Below, in pieces: positions 1 to 9,868 of a stretch of DNA of 64,000 nucleotides. A model generated the notes under the pieces. The model was not told the origin of the DNA. It worked only from the letters and a program-made list of their open reading frames with translations, and made no database searches. The stretch spans positions 77,595-141,594 of the forward strand of contig CABXDN010000002.1 in the NCBI GenBank assembly GCA_902511005.1, read 5' to 3'. Origin of the DNA: an uncultured Candidatus Poseidoniales archaeon. Lineage in GTDB: Archaea; Thermoplasmatota; Poseidoniia; Poseidoniales; Thalassarchaeaceae. A program made the position numbers and the translations under genes. Positions within the stretch are counted from its first letter, which is position 1. Each line of letters begins with the position of its first letter.

Positions 1-2
1 GT

Positions 3-626
3 TCTTGGGCCATTGATGGACTAATAGCACTAGGAGGTGCTTCTTTAGGTATCACTGCTTTAATGCCTGGATTCGTACCACCCCTAGCAGAAGGAGCAAT
101 TTCATCTCCAAATAAACATCCTTGGGAACACCCTGTACGTGCAGAAATTCTTTCAACATTAGATAAATCACCGGGAATTCATTTTCGGGAGTTACAACGA
201 AGAATGAATGCTGCGAATGGTACTCTTAGACATCATTTAGATGTTCTAGTGAATGAAAAAACTGTAACTATTATTCCTGTAAATGGAAGAACTTGCTACT
301 ATGCAGGTGCACCTTCACAAATAGAAGAATTACTCGGCACGGGTGTAAAAGACGAAAGAAGAGCTGCTGCAATGTTACCTGTTGGCCTTTCCAGTCTTCA
401 AAAATCAATAGTTGCCAGACTTGCATTAACATGTGCACCCGAAAGCCAAGCACAATTAGCACGAGATTTAGGTAGATCTCGTTCTGCTGTACATTCTGCA
501 ATTTGTGTCCTAAGGACGAGAGGGATTATCTCTTCACACAAACTTATCCTAGCCGATCATTTAATCGGATTAAAGACTTCAAGAATAGAATATAACTGGC
601 TTGACCTTCGTGCAGAGTATGCATGA
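3..626 (+). CDS. Membrane-anchored winged-HTH protein, 5' partial (frame open to window edge)
   Basis: Frame of ORF 63..626 is open upstream (SWAIDGLIALGGASLGITALM, hydrophobic). HPVRAEIL..PGIHFRELQRRM..GTLRHHL is a wHTH; a second HTH-like segment reads SQAQLARDLGRSRSAVHSAI. Confidence 0.7.
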   Translation, partial: SWAIDGLIALGGASLGITALMPGFVPPLAEGAISSPNKHPWEHPVRAEILSTLDKSPGIHFRELQRRMNAANGTLRHHLDVLVNEKTVTIIPVNGRTCYYAGAPSQIEELLGTGVKDERRAAAMLPVGLSSLQKSIVARLALTCAPESQAQLARDLGRSRSAVHSAICVLRTRGIISSHKLILADHLIGLKTSRIEYNWLDLRAEYA

Positions 627-691
627 TTCGCCCATTACTATCGGAAGATAAGCAGAATGCTCTTACACTCTGAATTACGGCATAAGGTTGT

Positions 692-1774
692 ATGTTCAGG
701 GTAAAGCTAGTTGAGCAACCTATGCCAACAGGCAGTAAAGATACAGATACTCTACTTGAATGGTTAATTGATTCTCTTTCCTTAGTAAGGAGAAAGTCTG
801 AAACATGGAATGTAAATGATGAACCAAGTGCATTACATCGAATGTTTCGAGGAGCACTATTAGATGACCCTCTGAAAGGCTGGAATACAAAAGAACTAGG
901 AGATTCTTGTGGATTATCACAAACCGCAATGCATAATCAAATGATTAGATTGAGAGAATCTGGTTTAGTATCTTCTGAACTAAAAGGAAGGTGGCATATC
1001 CATGTTCTAAGAGGAGGGTCGATGAATTCCGCAGTAGAACTCCTCTCAGTACAAGCGAGAAAAATTCTTGAAATACGTCTTGCAGAACTATCGGATTTAA
1101 TCATCGAATCTGATGAAAGAATGACTACACCATCTGAAGAAGAAGAAAGGCCTTTCAAAATTAAAATTTCTGAACCTAGTGCTACGATTCAGAATAGAGA
1201 TCGAATAGACTCATTAATAGATGATTTAGGATTAAACGGAGATCGAGTAAAACCTGAAGATAATCTAGCTAGAAAAGTGTTACAAGAATTGGCCCAAAGC
1301 CATAGGGCAATTACTCTGTTAGTATTAGCAGAGAGAATGGGCGAAACAAGATCTAGAGTTCAGAGGGTACTTGAAAGAATGCTGGAGATGAGTATTGCTG
1401 AACGTGTAGCTATGCCAGAAAGAATTGCACAAGATGTATACCTAGGATTAATGAGACAATATGATGCTAGAGGAGAAGAGTGGCTAATGACGAGAGGAGG
1501 AGTTGGAAGATTAAATGATGATATATCAAAGAAATTAATCTCCGGTATCAAGAAAAAGAGCCTTAGTATTGAAAAAATAGAATCTATTTTGAAAGATGTC
1601 TCCCTAGAAAAACAAAAATTATTACTCAATACATTAGGAGGTAGGATGCCTTATGGTTTTCGGATAGCGGGTAGAAATGGAGATGATATCACTGAACGTG
1701 TACTAAGTAGATTAGATAGAACAATCCGTAGACTCAAAACTGTATCTTCAAGAGTTGATGATTCTCTTGAATAA
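692..1774 (+). CDS. Transcription regulator-like protein with duplicated ArsR-like wHTH domains
   Basis: WNTKELGDSCGLSQTAMHNQMIRLRESGLV and ITLLVLAERMGETRSRVQRVLERM; each preceded by a similar FxxKxxE..LID.L segment. Confidence 0.6.
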   Translation: MFRVKLVEQPMPTGSKDTDTLLEWLIDSLSLVRRKSETWNVNDEPSALHRMFRGALLDDPLKGWNTKELGDSCGLSQTAMHNQMIRLRESGLVSSELKGRWHIHVLRGGSMNSAVELLSVQARKILEIRLAELSDLIIESDERMTTPSEEEERPFKIKISEPSATIQNRDRIDSLIDDLGLNGDRVKPEDNLARKVLQELAQSHRAITLLVLAERMGETRSRVQRVLERMLEMSIAERVAMPERIAQDVYLGLMRQYDARGEEWLMTRGGVGRLNDDISKKLISGIKKKSLSIEKIESILKDVSLEKQKLLLNTLGGRMPYGFRIAGRNGDDITERVLSRLDRTIRRLKTVSSRVDDSLE

Positions 1775-1781
1775 TCACGAA

Positions 1782-2876
1782 TTATTTACCGCCGATAACA
1801 AAATTTTTCCAACGTTTCATATATTCTACAAAAACAGGACTTAAGTCAACATCTAGTAGATGTTTTTCAGAAAACGGAGGGCGCTGTGGAGAATATGAAA
1901 TATCTCCGAGATATTTCGGCCAATCTGGATGAGCGATTCCTACTCTTGCGACACCAACTAAATCTGCGCCTTCATCTAAAACGTACTGAGCATCTTCAGC
2001 TGACCAAATTGCTCCCGTAGATATCAAAGGCATATTATCAGGGATTATTTCACTAAAATATCTGGTTAAACTTTTACTAGTATTTCCATCATTAATTTTT
2101 TCAAACACATCCCAGCATGAAATATGAATAATATCTATCTCCATTTGCGAAATCATACTAGCTAGATTCAAACTATCTTCCAAATAAATTCCAATATTCT
2201 CAATTATTGGAGATATTCGAACAGCAATTAAAAATTCTGGACCGGTAGCAATACGGATAGATTTGATTATCTCTCTTAGAAATTTACTACGTCCTTCTAG
2301 GTCACCACCCCATTCATCCTCACGACGATTTGTGATTGAACCTAAAAACTGACAAATCAAATAAGAATGAGCACCGTGTAATTCTACTCCATCAAATCCT
2401 GCTATCTGGCAACGTATTGCTGCATCAGTAAATGACTGAACCATTTCCATAATTTCTGAATGCTCCAATGCTCTGGTAAATTCTCCCTCCATCCCTGGTT
2501 CAGTATTCACACTAGAAGAAATTGGCTGGACGCCATTGATACTCTGATGTGCTCGCATGCCTCCATGAAATAATTGAGCAAGACTTACAGTTCCTGTTTT
2601 TTTTAATTCACTGGCGAGATTAGTAAGTTCGGGGATATGGTGATCACCCCATACACCCATCTCTCCGAACCAACCTCGTCCATGCTCAGTTACATTTGTT
2701 GCCGCAGTCGTTGTAATTGCAAATTCACCCACAGCTCTACGAACAAGCCATTTTTTCTCATCATGGGAAAGTATTCCATCTTCATGACTTTGTTTATTGG
2801 TCATTGCTGCGAGTACTGTCCTATTTTTCAACAATTTACCAGACCTAGGTAATAAAAAACGATCTGTTGAATTCAT
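1782..2876 (-). CDS. NADH:flavin oxidoreductase (Old Yellow Enzyme family)
   Basis: LKNRTVLAAMT, QLFHGG, AGFDGVELHGAHSYL, NRREDEWGG motifs. Confidence 0.9.
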   Translation of the reverse strand: MNSTDRFLLPRSGKLLKNRTVLAAMTNKQSHEDGILSHDEKKWLVRRAVGEFAITTTAATNVTEHGRGWFGEMGVWGDHHIPELTNLASELKKTGTVSLAQLFHGGMRAHQSINGVQPISSSVNTEPGMEGEFTRALEHSEIMEMVQSFTDAAIRCQIAGFDGVELHGAHSYLICQFLGSITNRREDEWGGDLEGRSKFLREIIKSIRIATGPEFLIAVRISPIIENIGIYLEDSLNLASMISQMEIDIIHISCWDVFEKINDGNTSKSLTRYFSEIIPDNMPLISTGAIWSAEDAQYVLDEGADLVGVARVGIAHPDWPKYLGDISYSPQRPPFSEKHLLDVDLSPVFVEYMKRWKNFVIGGK

Positions 2877-2896
2877 ATAATCACCATGAATTTTAA

Positions 2897-3565
2897 TTAT
2901 TTAGAAAAAGCATCTGGGCGATATATCCAACGAATAGGATCATCTTGCATATTGCTATATCTGGAAAGAATTTCTGGAATTTCCGACATTCTTGTATGGA
3001 AATCTAACAATATATCTCTTCCTTCTATTAATGATACATCGATACCATCATAATTACCGCTGACTAAACCAAAGCAGTCAGAAAATAATCTGATGTCGGC
3101 TATGGAGGGGCCTTCTGTTTCTGCAATCCAACCTGTTTTGGAATTTTCTAATTTGTGACAAAATGTATCATAACAATTACTTAATTTTCCCCCAGGGGCA
3201 ACTAGAGCTTCACGTGCTGCTATTTTTTCATCAATATCATTTATTCTAAATGTGTCAGTCAATATATGCGTCATATCCGATATAGCATCTAAACATTCAT
3301 CTATCTTAGCCGCGGACCATTCATCATTAGGATTTAGATAAGTCATATTCCCAATATATCGTAAAATTGCTGAAGATTCACTCAAAATACCTGAAGGAGT
3401 TTCTAAAGCAGGCAGCAATCCCCAAGGAAGTTTACCCGAATCTCTCATTTCTGAGTATCCTGAAAAATCAACAATTACATTTTCCCAGGAAAATTTAGAG
3501 ATATCTAATACAATTCTGATTGCCTCTGCTCGTCCTGCTGAAGAAAAATAAATTAAACGATACAT
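2897..3565 (-). CDS. Glutathione S-transferase family protein (sigma-like N-terminus)
   Basis: YRLIYFSSAGRAEAIR, LPWGLLPAL, SESSAILRYIG, SIAD motif; start placed at ATG 3565. Confidence 0.85.
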   Translation of the reverse strand: MYRLIYFSSAGRAEAIRIVLDISKFSWENVIVDFSGYSEMRDSGKLPWGLLPALETPSGILSESSAILRYIGNMTYLNPNDEWSAAKIDECLDAISDMTHILTDTFRINDIDEKIAAREALVAPGGKLSNCYDTFCHKLENSKTGWIAETEGPSIADIRLFSDCFGLVSGNYDGIDVSLIEGRDILLDFHTRMSEIPEILSRYSNMQDDPIRWIYRPDAFSK

Positions 3566-3601
3566 AAGATATTGCAAATGACTCTATCTAATTATTCTTT
3601 A

Positions 3602-4366
3602 CTATACAAGACGTCCTTCCATACCACCGGCTACTTCGATAACTTGCCCTGTAATATGACCTGATATAACATTAGAAGAAATTGAAATTACTGTATTTGC
3701 AACATCCTCAGGAGTTGCTAGTTTCTTCAATGACATAGTCGCAATAGCTCTTTTAACGAGATCGTTATCGACTCCTTGTTCAATCTTTTTTGGAGTTATC
3801 GTCCACCCTGGGGCTACCGCATTAATTCTAACATTACCTAATTTTGAAACATCATTTTTGAGCGACATAAGTAAACCGGACGTTATCGCACCCTTTGCTG
3901 TAGCATAGTCAGAATGTCCTGATTCACCATATATACCCGCAGTTGAACCAATGAAAACAAGAGACCCAGTACCAGTTCTAGATGCTTCTTGAAGAAAACC
4001 ACGAGCGGTATTTACAGCTACACCAAGATTAGATGATATCGTTTTATCCCATCTATCGTTATCTATATCCCAAAGAGACAATGGTTCAGGAGGATAATAT
4101 CCTGCATTAGCAATACACACATCCAATTTACCATATTTCTGAATAATAGTATCAATTAATGAAAGAGCCTGTTTCGAGTCTGTAAGATCTGCTTTAAGAG
4201 AAATACCATCTATCTCATTGGCAATTTTCTCTGCATTCTTAGAAGACTTGTGATAATGTACTATTACTTTGGAACCTTCAGATGCAAATGCTCTACAGAT
4301 AGTTTCTCCGATTCCTCCGGCTCCACCAGTTACCAAAACTACACTATTATTGAGACCAGTTTCCAT
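3602..4366 (-). CDS. Short-chain dehydrogenase/reductase
   Basis: TGGAGGIG, NAG, YATAK catalytic motif, RINAVAPG. Confidence 0.92.
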   Translation of the reverse strand: METGLNNSVVLVTGGAGGIGETICRAFASEGSKVIVHYHKSSKNAEKIANEIDGISLKADLTDSKQALSLIDTIIQKYGKLDVCIANAGYYPPEPLSLWDIDNDRWDKTISSNLGVAVNTARGFLQEASRTGTGSLVFIGSTAGIYGESGHSDYATAKGAITSGLLMSLKNDVSKLGNVRINAVAPGWTITPKKIEQGVDNDLVKRAIATMSLKKLATPEDVANTVISISSNVISGHITGQVIEVAGGMEGRLV

Positions 4367-4378
4367 TTAATCACCATC

Positions 4379-5464
4379 TCATAAAGAACGTAATTGACGA
4401 TTACCAGCGCCACCATAACCAACCCAATCTTCGGGTTTATTGCCTAGAATTACATCAATTTCCGACATATGTTTCTCGGTCATCTTCTCCGCAACCGCTA
4501 TACAACCGAGATTTTCTACCATTTGTTCTGGTTTGGTAGCTCCAAGCAATATAGTACTGACATTTTGATTCTTAAGGCACCAGGCCAAGGCAAGTTGGGC
4601 TGTAGAACAATCGAAATTTTCAGATGCATATGCGGTGAGTTTTCTTACAATATCTACTTCACCATTCTTCTTCCTCATTTCTAAGTCTTCAATCAACCAT
4701 TCATATCCTTCTTGCGTAGGTCGAGAATCTTCCGGTATACCGTCATTATATTTTCCTGTCAAGAAACCTGATCGTAAAGGTGACCAAATGGTAGTCCCGT
4801 AATTATATGGGGCCTGATACAGAGGGAAAAACTCCTGTTCGAATCTTTGTCTATGTAGCATATTATATTGTGGTTGTTCATACATAGGAGGCTCGAGCCC
4901 TTCGGACTTAGCGAACCATATTGCTTCCATTATTTGGGCAGCGGACCACTCTGATGTCCCCCAAGATGTCGCCCATCCGTTGCGTACAGCATCTGTCATA
5001 GCACGCACTACTGTTGAAGTAGGTGTAAATGGGTCAGGGCGATGGCAAAATACCATATCTACATAATCTAGTTGTAGTCTTTTTAGACTTGAATCTAAAC
5101 CTTCCATAATATGTTTACGTGAAAGACCCGATTCATTTACTCCGTTACCACCCCAGAATATCTTCGTTGTAATAACTAATTCTGAACGTCTCCACATTTC
5201 AGGATCTTCTTCTTCTAATTCAGAAAGAGCAATGCCGAATATCCTCTCTGCCTCTCCATTAGGATTACCATATGCTTCAGCATGGTCAAAACAATTTACA
5301 CCAGCATTTCTAGCAATTTTCATGCACTCTTTGGCCATTTCTACACCTTCTGAATCTTGTAATCTATTTTTCACCCCATAAGTTGCCCAAAATCCATAAG
5401 ATAAAATTGACACTTGTATACCTGTATTTCCCATCATTCGATAGTACATATTTTCACTTGACAT
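4379..5464 (-). CDS. Aldo/keto reductase, Kv-beta-like subfamily
   Basis: FDHAEAY, LVITTKIFWGG, GLSRKHIMEG, FCHRPD, WGTSEWSA, QPQYNM, WSPL; start placed at ATG 5464. Confidence 0.9.
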   Translation of the reverse strand: MSSENMYYRMMGNTGIQVSILSYGFWATYGVKNRLQDSEGVEMAKECMKIARNAGVNCFDHAEAYGNPNGEAERIFGIALSELEEEDPEMWRRSELVITTKIFWGGNGVNESGLSRKHIMEGLDSSLKRLQLDYVDMVFCHRPDPFTPTSTVVRAMTDAVRNGWATSWGTSEWSAAQIMEAIWFAKSEGLEPPMYEQPQYNMLHRQRFEQEFFPLYQAPYNYGTTIWSPLRSGFLTGKYNDGIPEDSRPTQEGYEWLIEDLEMRKKNGEVDIVRKLTAYASENFDCSTAQLALAWCLKNQNVSTILLGATKPEQMVENLGCIAVAEKMTEKHMSEIDVILGNKPEDWVGYGGAGNRQLRSL

Positions 5465-5503
5465 GTCATACTTTAACCGGTTCATTGGTTTCAAGATTGT
5501 GGT

Positions 5504-6259
5504 TTAGAGAACTAAAATATCATAACCTATCTTGGATATTAGTAAGAAGGAAATTATTAGGAAAAGGGGCCTTAGTAGTTTAGTCCCATATCTTAAAGCA
5601 TAAGTCGAACCTAACAAACCACCAATAATATTCACGATAGCAAATGGAACACCTACTGTATAGTCAATTAAATCTACGGAAGCAAATAAAATTAAAGCCC
5701 CAAGATTTCCTCCAAAATTTACTACCTTGGATGTTGCCGCTGCTCTTTTCATATCAAAACCAGCAGCCTTAACATAGCCGGCAAGCAAAAAATTACCTGT
5801 TCCGGGACCCAGAAAACCATCATAAAAACCTAAACCAGTCGACATTCCAATGGTTACTGGCAATATACGATCTTCTTGAATATCTTCTTCGAGACCGAAG
5901 TCTCTGCTGAAGAGAACATAAAGAAACATAACCAGTAATACAATAAAAACTAGTATTATAACCCATTCCGCCGATACTTTAGTTACTGCAAGAGCACCAA
6001 AAACTGACATGATTAACATCAGTCCCCACCCGATAAACGCTTCTTTCTTAGGTACAATACCGCTTCTCCAGTATTGTGCACTTGACATACCAGCAGCCCA
6101 TGTAGAACCAAATTTATTGGTAGCTAATGCTACGTGAGATGGTAATCCTGCTGCTAATAAGGCGGGTAAACGAATTAATCCACCACCGCCTACGGCACTG
6201 TCTACAAAACCACCCACGAATCCTGCAAGTAAAATTAGAACGAATATGCTGTCGTCCAT
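5504..6259 (-). CDS. TSUP / sulfite exporter TauE-SafE family membrane protein
   Basis: GFVDSAVGGGGLI, ALATNK, GFYDGFLGPGTG; multiple TM helices. Confidence 0.9.
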   Translation of the reverse strand: MDDSIFVLILLAGFVGGFVDSAVGGGGLIRLPALLAAGLPSHVALATNKFGSTWAAGMSSAQYWRSGIVPKKEAFIGWGLMLIMSVFGALAVTKVSAEWVIILVFIVLLVMFLYVLFSRDFGLEEDIQEDRILPVTIGMSTGLGFYDGFLGPGTGNFLLAGYVKAAGFDMKRAAATSKVVNFGGNLGALILFASVDLIDYTVGVPFAIVNIIGGLLGSTYALRYGTKLLRPLFLIISFLLISKIGYDILVL

Positions 6260-6309
6260 GTATTATGCAAAAGGATTCTACATACAGTCATTACGATGAC
6301 ATCAACGAT

Positions 6310-7290
6310 TTAAATCAAAATACCATCTAATTCTGTTAGTTCTTCTAAATACAACTTCACCCTTTGACCCATTTTTTCTTGTGTAGGTATAGAATGTAGT
6401 TCTACACGCATCTTAGATGCTCCAGGAAGTCCTTTAGTGAAAGAGACTGCATGTCGTTTCAAATTTTTATTGTTAGAATTAGAGTATAATTCAGAACTCA
6501 ATTCTAAATATCGATTCCAACACCATAAACGAGATGAAGCAATATTTCCCTCGCCCCATGGGGGTTTTTCAACTGGCCAGCCTAAATCTCTTTTGATTTC
6601 ATGAAATATCATTGGGCGGCCAATTGCACCTCTTCCAATCATTAATCCTCCTGCATCAGTTTGTTTCAAGCATGCTGAGGCAGTTGATGCATCGATAATA
6701 TCGCCATTCGCAATAACTGGTATTTCGACCGAATTAACTATTTCTTTGATTTGAGACCAATCCGCTTCACCTGAATATCTCTGACGGAGAGTTCTCCCGT
6801 GGACACAAATTCTCTCCACCCCTTCTTTCTCTAACCTCTGAGTTATTTCTAACGCAGTATTTGGCCCTGAACCAGTCCCTAACCTCATCTTTACCGTTAT
6901 TGGTACGTTGGTTGCGTTAATACAGGCTCTAACCATCTCAATTACTCTATCAGGATCCCTAAGAAGAGCCGCACCCGCATCATGACGGCATACTTTAGGT
7001 GCTGGACATCCAAAATTAAGGTCAATAATATCCGCCCTGTCTTCGAGTAATTCAACAGTAGTTACCATTTCCTTAATGTCGCCACCAAATATTTGAGGAA
7101 TAAATGGACTTTCTCGGGGATCTGATTCTACCTTTAGCCATGAATTTGCATCGTGTCTAGAAAGTCCTGATGCAGCAGTAAATTCTGTAATAGATAAATC
7201 CGCACCACATTCTCTAGCTAAAAGTCGATATGCTAAATCTGTAACACCTGCCATAGGAGCAAGGAAAAGTGGTACCGTCGGCTCTGGCAT
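6310..7290 (-). CDS. dus: tRNA-dihydrouridine synthase (DusB-like)
   Basis: LAPMAGVTD, IDLNFGCP, GAALL, TVKMRLG, VHGRT, ANGDI, MIGRGA. Confidence 0.92.
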   Translation of the reverse strand: MPEPTVPLFLAPMAGVTDLAYRLLARECGADLSITEFTAASGLSRHDANSWLKVESDPRESPFIPQIFGGDIKEMVTTVELLEDRADIIDLNFGCPAPKVCRHDAGAALLRDPDRVIEMVRACINATNVPITVKMRLGTGSGPNTALEITQRLEKEGVERICVHGRTLRQRYSGEADWSQIKEIVNSVEIPVIANGDIIDASTASACLKQTDAGGLMIGRGAIGRPMIFHEIKRDLGWPVEKPPWGEGNIASSRLWCWNRYLELSSELYSNSNNKNLKRHAVSFTKGLPGASKMRVELHSIPTQEKMGQRVKLYLEELTELDGILI

Positions 7291-7334
7291 ATTTGGCTCC
7301 ACATACTTTTTTTTTATCACAATGACTGAATAAT

Positions 7335-7709
7335 TCAGTTAGAATCGAATCTTCTCAAGGCAATATCTAGTTTCTCTTGGAATAATGACACTTTCTTATT
7401 ACATTCTTCGAGTTCATCAGAATATAAAATAATTTCAAAGCCATCATCAGTTTCTGCTACTACACAGGGAGTCATTCCTTCAGTAACCGATCTTAGACCG
7501 TCTATTTGCTCATTTAAGTGTACTAGATGAAAAGGTGCTGGACTATTCGAACGACAATTCTTCATAGACTTCTTTTCACTAACAAATGAATGAGTAATAT
7601 CACACAAAGCACAATGTGCAGTGCCTCTTAACTTGCCAAGAACGTATTGTAATTCACCAACTATGCCGCCATCAGCATGGTAAATTCCCCATATTGTCTT
7701 TAGTGACAT
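7335..7709 (-). CDS. Conserved hypothetical protein with HCALCDITH motif
   Basis: ATG overlaps the rps2 stop (TAATG); YHADGGIVGEL..HCALCDITH. Confidence 0.7.
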   Translation of the reverse strand: MSLKTIWGIYHADGGIVGELQYVLGKLRGTAHCALCDITHSFVSEKKSMKNCRSNSPAPFHLVHLNEQIDGLRSVTEGMTPCVVAETDDGFEIILYSDELEECNKKVSLFQEKLDIALRRFDSN

Positions 7710-8323
7710 TAGAAAGTAGATTCCCAATCCATTACATCCTGAGCGCGTTCCCAGTCTGCATCTGTTATTACTCCACGAGCTTTCATCATCTCTCTTGCGA
7801 GAAGCCAATAAATTAGAGCCAAGGATCTACGTCCTTTATTATTTGCAGGAAGAGCTAGGTCTACGTTTCGTAGTCTATTGTTAGCATCACATATAGCAAC
7901 AACAGGGAGTCCTGAACTTACTGCCTCAGATAATGCCTGTTGATCAGCAGCCGGGTCAGTAACAACAATTACTTCTGGTTCGATGTATGTTCGTAAACGA
8001 GAGTTTGTCAGAGTCCCAGGGATAAAACGACCTACGATACGCATTGCGCCGATTGTTTGAGCAAACTTTCTTGCAGGTCTCTGTCCGTATTGACGTGCAC
8101 TGACTACAAGGATTCTTTCAGCATCATAATTCGAGAGGAATTTTGCTACCGCGCGGATTCGTGAATCGGTTTGACGTACGTCGATTATGTGGATTCCACT
8201 ATTGTCTTGACGGACTTCATCTAAGAACTGCTTCATATCAGCAGATTTCTGATTCGTTCCTATGTGCACAGCGTGCGTATCATACATTTCAAGCGGTACA
8301 AGTGGAGTTAGATTGTCATCCAT
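7709..8323 (-). CDS. rps2: 30S ribosomal protein uS2 (archaeal)
   Basis: AVHIGT, GRFIPGTLTN, VTDPAADQQA, LPANNKGRRSLALIYWLLARE. Confidence 0.97.
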   Translation of the reverse strand: MDDNLTPLVPLEMYDTHAVHIGTNQKSADMKQFLDEVRQDNSGIHIIDVRQTDSRIRAVAKFLSNYDAERILVVSARQYGQRPARKFAQTIGAMRIVGRFIPGTLTNSRLRTYIEPEVIVVTDPAADQQALSEAVSSGLPVVAICDANNRLRNVDLALPANNKGRRSLALIYWLLAREMMKARGVITDADWERAQDVMDWESTF

Positions 8324-8393
8324 TTAGGTCCCTCAGCAGCGTCGCGACCTGACTTCGATTGATAAGCGCTACGCATAGCGATAAATCAATTAC

Positions 8394-9014
8394 TCATTCA
8401 GATTGAAGGTCAGATAAGTAAGTACATTCGCCCTCATCGTGCGACTCAGCGAATACTACGCATGGTTTAGTGATAGTTACGTAGGTATCGAAGTGGTCAT
8501 AGAAAGATGCTTGATCAATTGGCGCGGTGATGCCATAACCACGCGCTTCAACTTCGAAAATCCAATTGCCAGATATCAAATCTGATTGAGGAAATGAAAA
8601 CCTTTGCTGAGGGAAATCTTGAGTTGCTCTAACCTCCCAAAAAGGTTCACCACCACTTTCTCTGACTCCTGGTTTCCAAAGTTTGGCATCGACGTATCGA
8701 TATTGATTGGTTTCATTACCAACTAACTCTTCTACAACTGAAGAATAGGGGAATTGAGCTCTGAAATTTATTACTAGTTGCGATATTGTATTATCAAATT
8801 CAATTAGAATCTCATCAGTATGATATACTGATTCAATACTATTTGATTCAAAAGTGTAGTCGAAACCAACAGTTTCTTCTTTCAATATCACTTTTGGATC
8901 TTCTCTCCATTCCTCCATTAATTCTCTTTGAAAGGCAAGACCTAAGCACCCAGTAAGAGTTGATGAAATCATTAGGATTGATAACCCTAATCCCAGCACT
9001 CTGTTGGACACCAT
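8394..9014 (-). CDS. Hypothetical lipoprotein
   Basis: Signal peptide ending in archaeal lipobox LTGC. Confidence 0.65.
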   Translation of the reverse strand: MVSNRVLGLGLSILMISSTLTGCLGLAFQRELMEEWREDPKVILKEETVGFDYTFESNSIESVYHTDEILIEFDNTISQLVINFRAQFPYSSVVEELVGNETNQYRYVDAKLWKPGVRESGGEPFWEVRATQDFPQQRFSFPQSDLISGNWIFEVEARGYGITAPIDQASFYDHFDTYVTITKPCVVFAESHDEGECTYLSDLQSE

Positions 9015-9078
9015 TGGATATAGCGAAAAGGACTTGTTTCTTCAAACCACTCTATACAAGATAGTAATGCAAGCGTCT

Positions 9079-9170
9079 ATGATGGGTAATCATTTCCGAG
9101 AATATGCTCCAATGACGACGAAAGGAGAACCGAGCTAAGGCTTTGACGTTCCCTATGAGTACCGAGGGGC
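9079..9170 (+). ncRNA. Candidate C/D-box-like (K-turn) small RNA
   Basis: Intergenic ATGATGG..CCGA, ATGACGA..CCGA and ATGAGTA-CCGA pairs resembling C (RUGAUGA) and D (CUGA) boxes. Confidence 0.3.
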
Positions 9171-9172
9171 AC

Positions 9173-9868
9173 TTATTCTTCTTCTTCAACAACTCGAGGT
9201 TCGTGAACTTCTCTAAAGATTACAGTTCCAACACCAAGATTCTCACGTAGAGAACGGACAAGACTGAACTTAGCATATGCCCAGTTCTGATCGTAAGCCA
9301 TTGCTTCTGGAGTAGTCACTGTCAAGTCATCTTCTTCGAATGATATTTCAAAATCTTCACGGCCTGTGTTCATTTTAAGTAGAGTTTCTACACGTTCTGC
9401 ACGATCTTCTACAACCTTAACGATATTGTAATTATATTTTAGAGTCGCACCAGCTAATGGATGATTATAGTCAATCCTCGCACGGCCTGCACTGATGAAT
9501 TGTAAAACTCCAGTACGTCCACCAATCTCAACTGGTGCACCTATTGCTAGAGTACTTGGATCTCGAACACTACGCATCAATACATTTTGCCCTATGGTTT
9601 CAACTAAACTAGAATCTCTCTCGCCATATCCTTCAGAAGGCTCAATATCGAATTCGTAATCTTTGCCTGCTTCCGCATCATTCAGATGATTTTCAAAACC
9701 ACTAATCAAACGACCATCGCCGACAATGGTAATCATTGGTTGGTAAGTACGCGATTCATCGAAGACATCATGTTCTTTGGCAACATCCTCGCGTGTAGTC
9801 TCGATAAGTCTCTCAGAACCTGCATCGTACAGGTCGTAGTCGATGTGAACAATTGAACCAGCATCCAT
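9173..9868 (-). CDS. slyD: FKBP-type peptidyl-prolyl isomerase (archaeal long SlyD type)
   Basis: VGDGRLISGFE, PSEGYGERD, IDYNHPLAG. Confidence 0.93.
   Translation of the reverse strand: MDAGSIVHIDYDLYDAGSERLIETTREDVAKEHDVFDESRTYQPMITIVGDGRLISGFENHLNDAEAGKDYEFDIEPSEGYGERDSSLVETIGQNVLMRSVRDPSTLAIGAPVEIGGRTGVLQFISAGRARIDYNHPLAGATLKYNYNIVKVVEDRAERVETLLKMNTGREDFEISFEEDDLTVTTPEAMAYDQNWAYAKFSLVRSLRENLGVGTVIFREVHEPRVVEEEE

Noticed and set aside
7710-7808. Extended start of ORF 7335..7808
   Set aside because: Lies inside rps2; the TAATG overlap at 7709 is the better start
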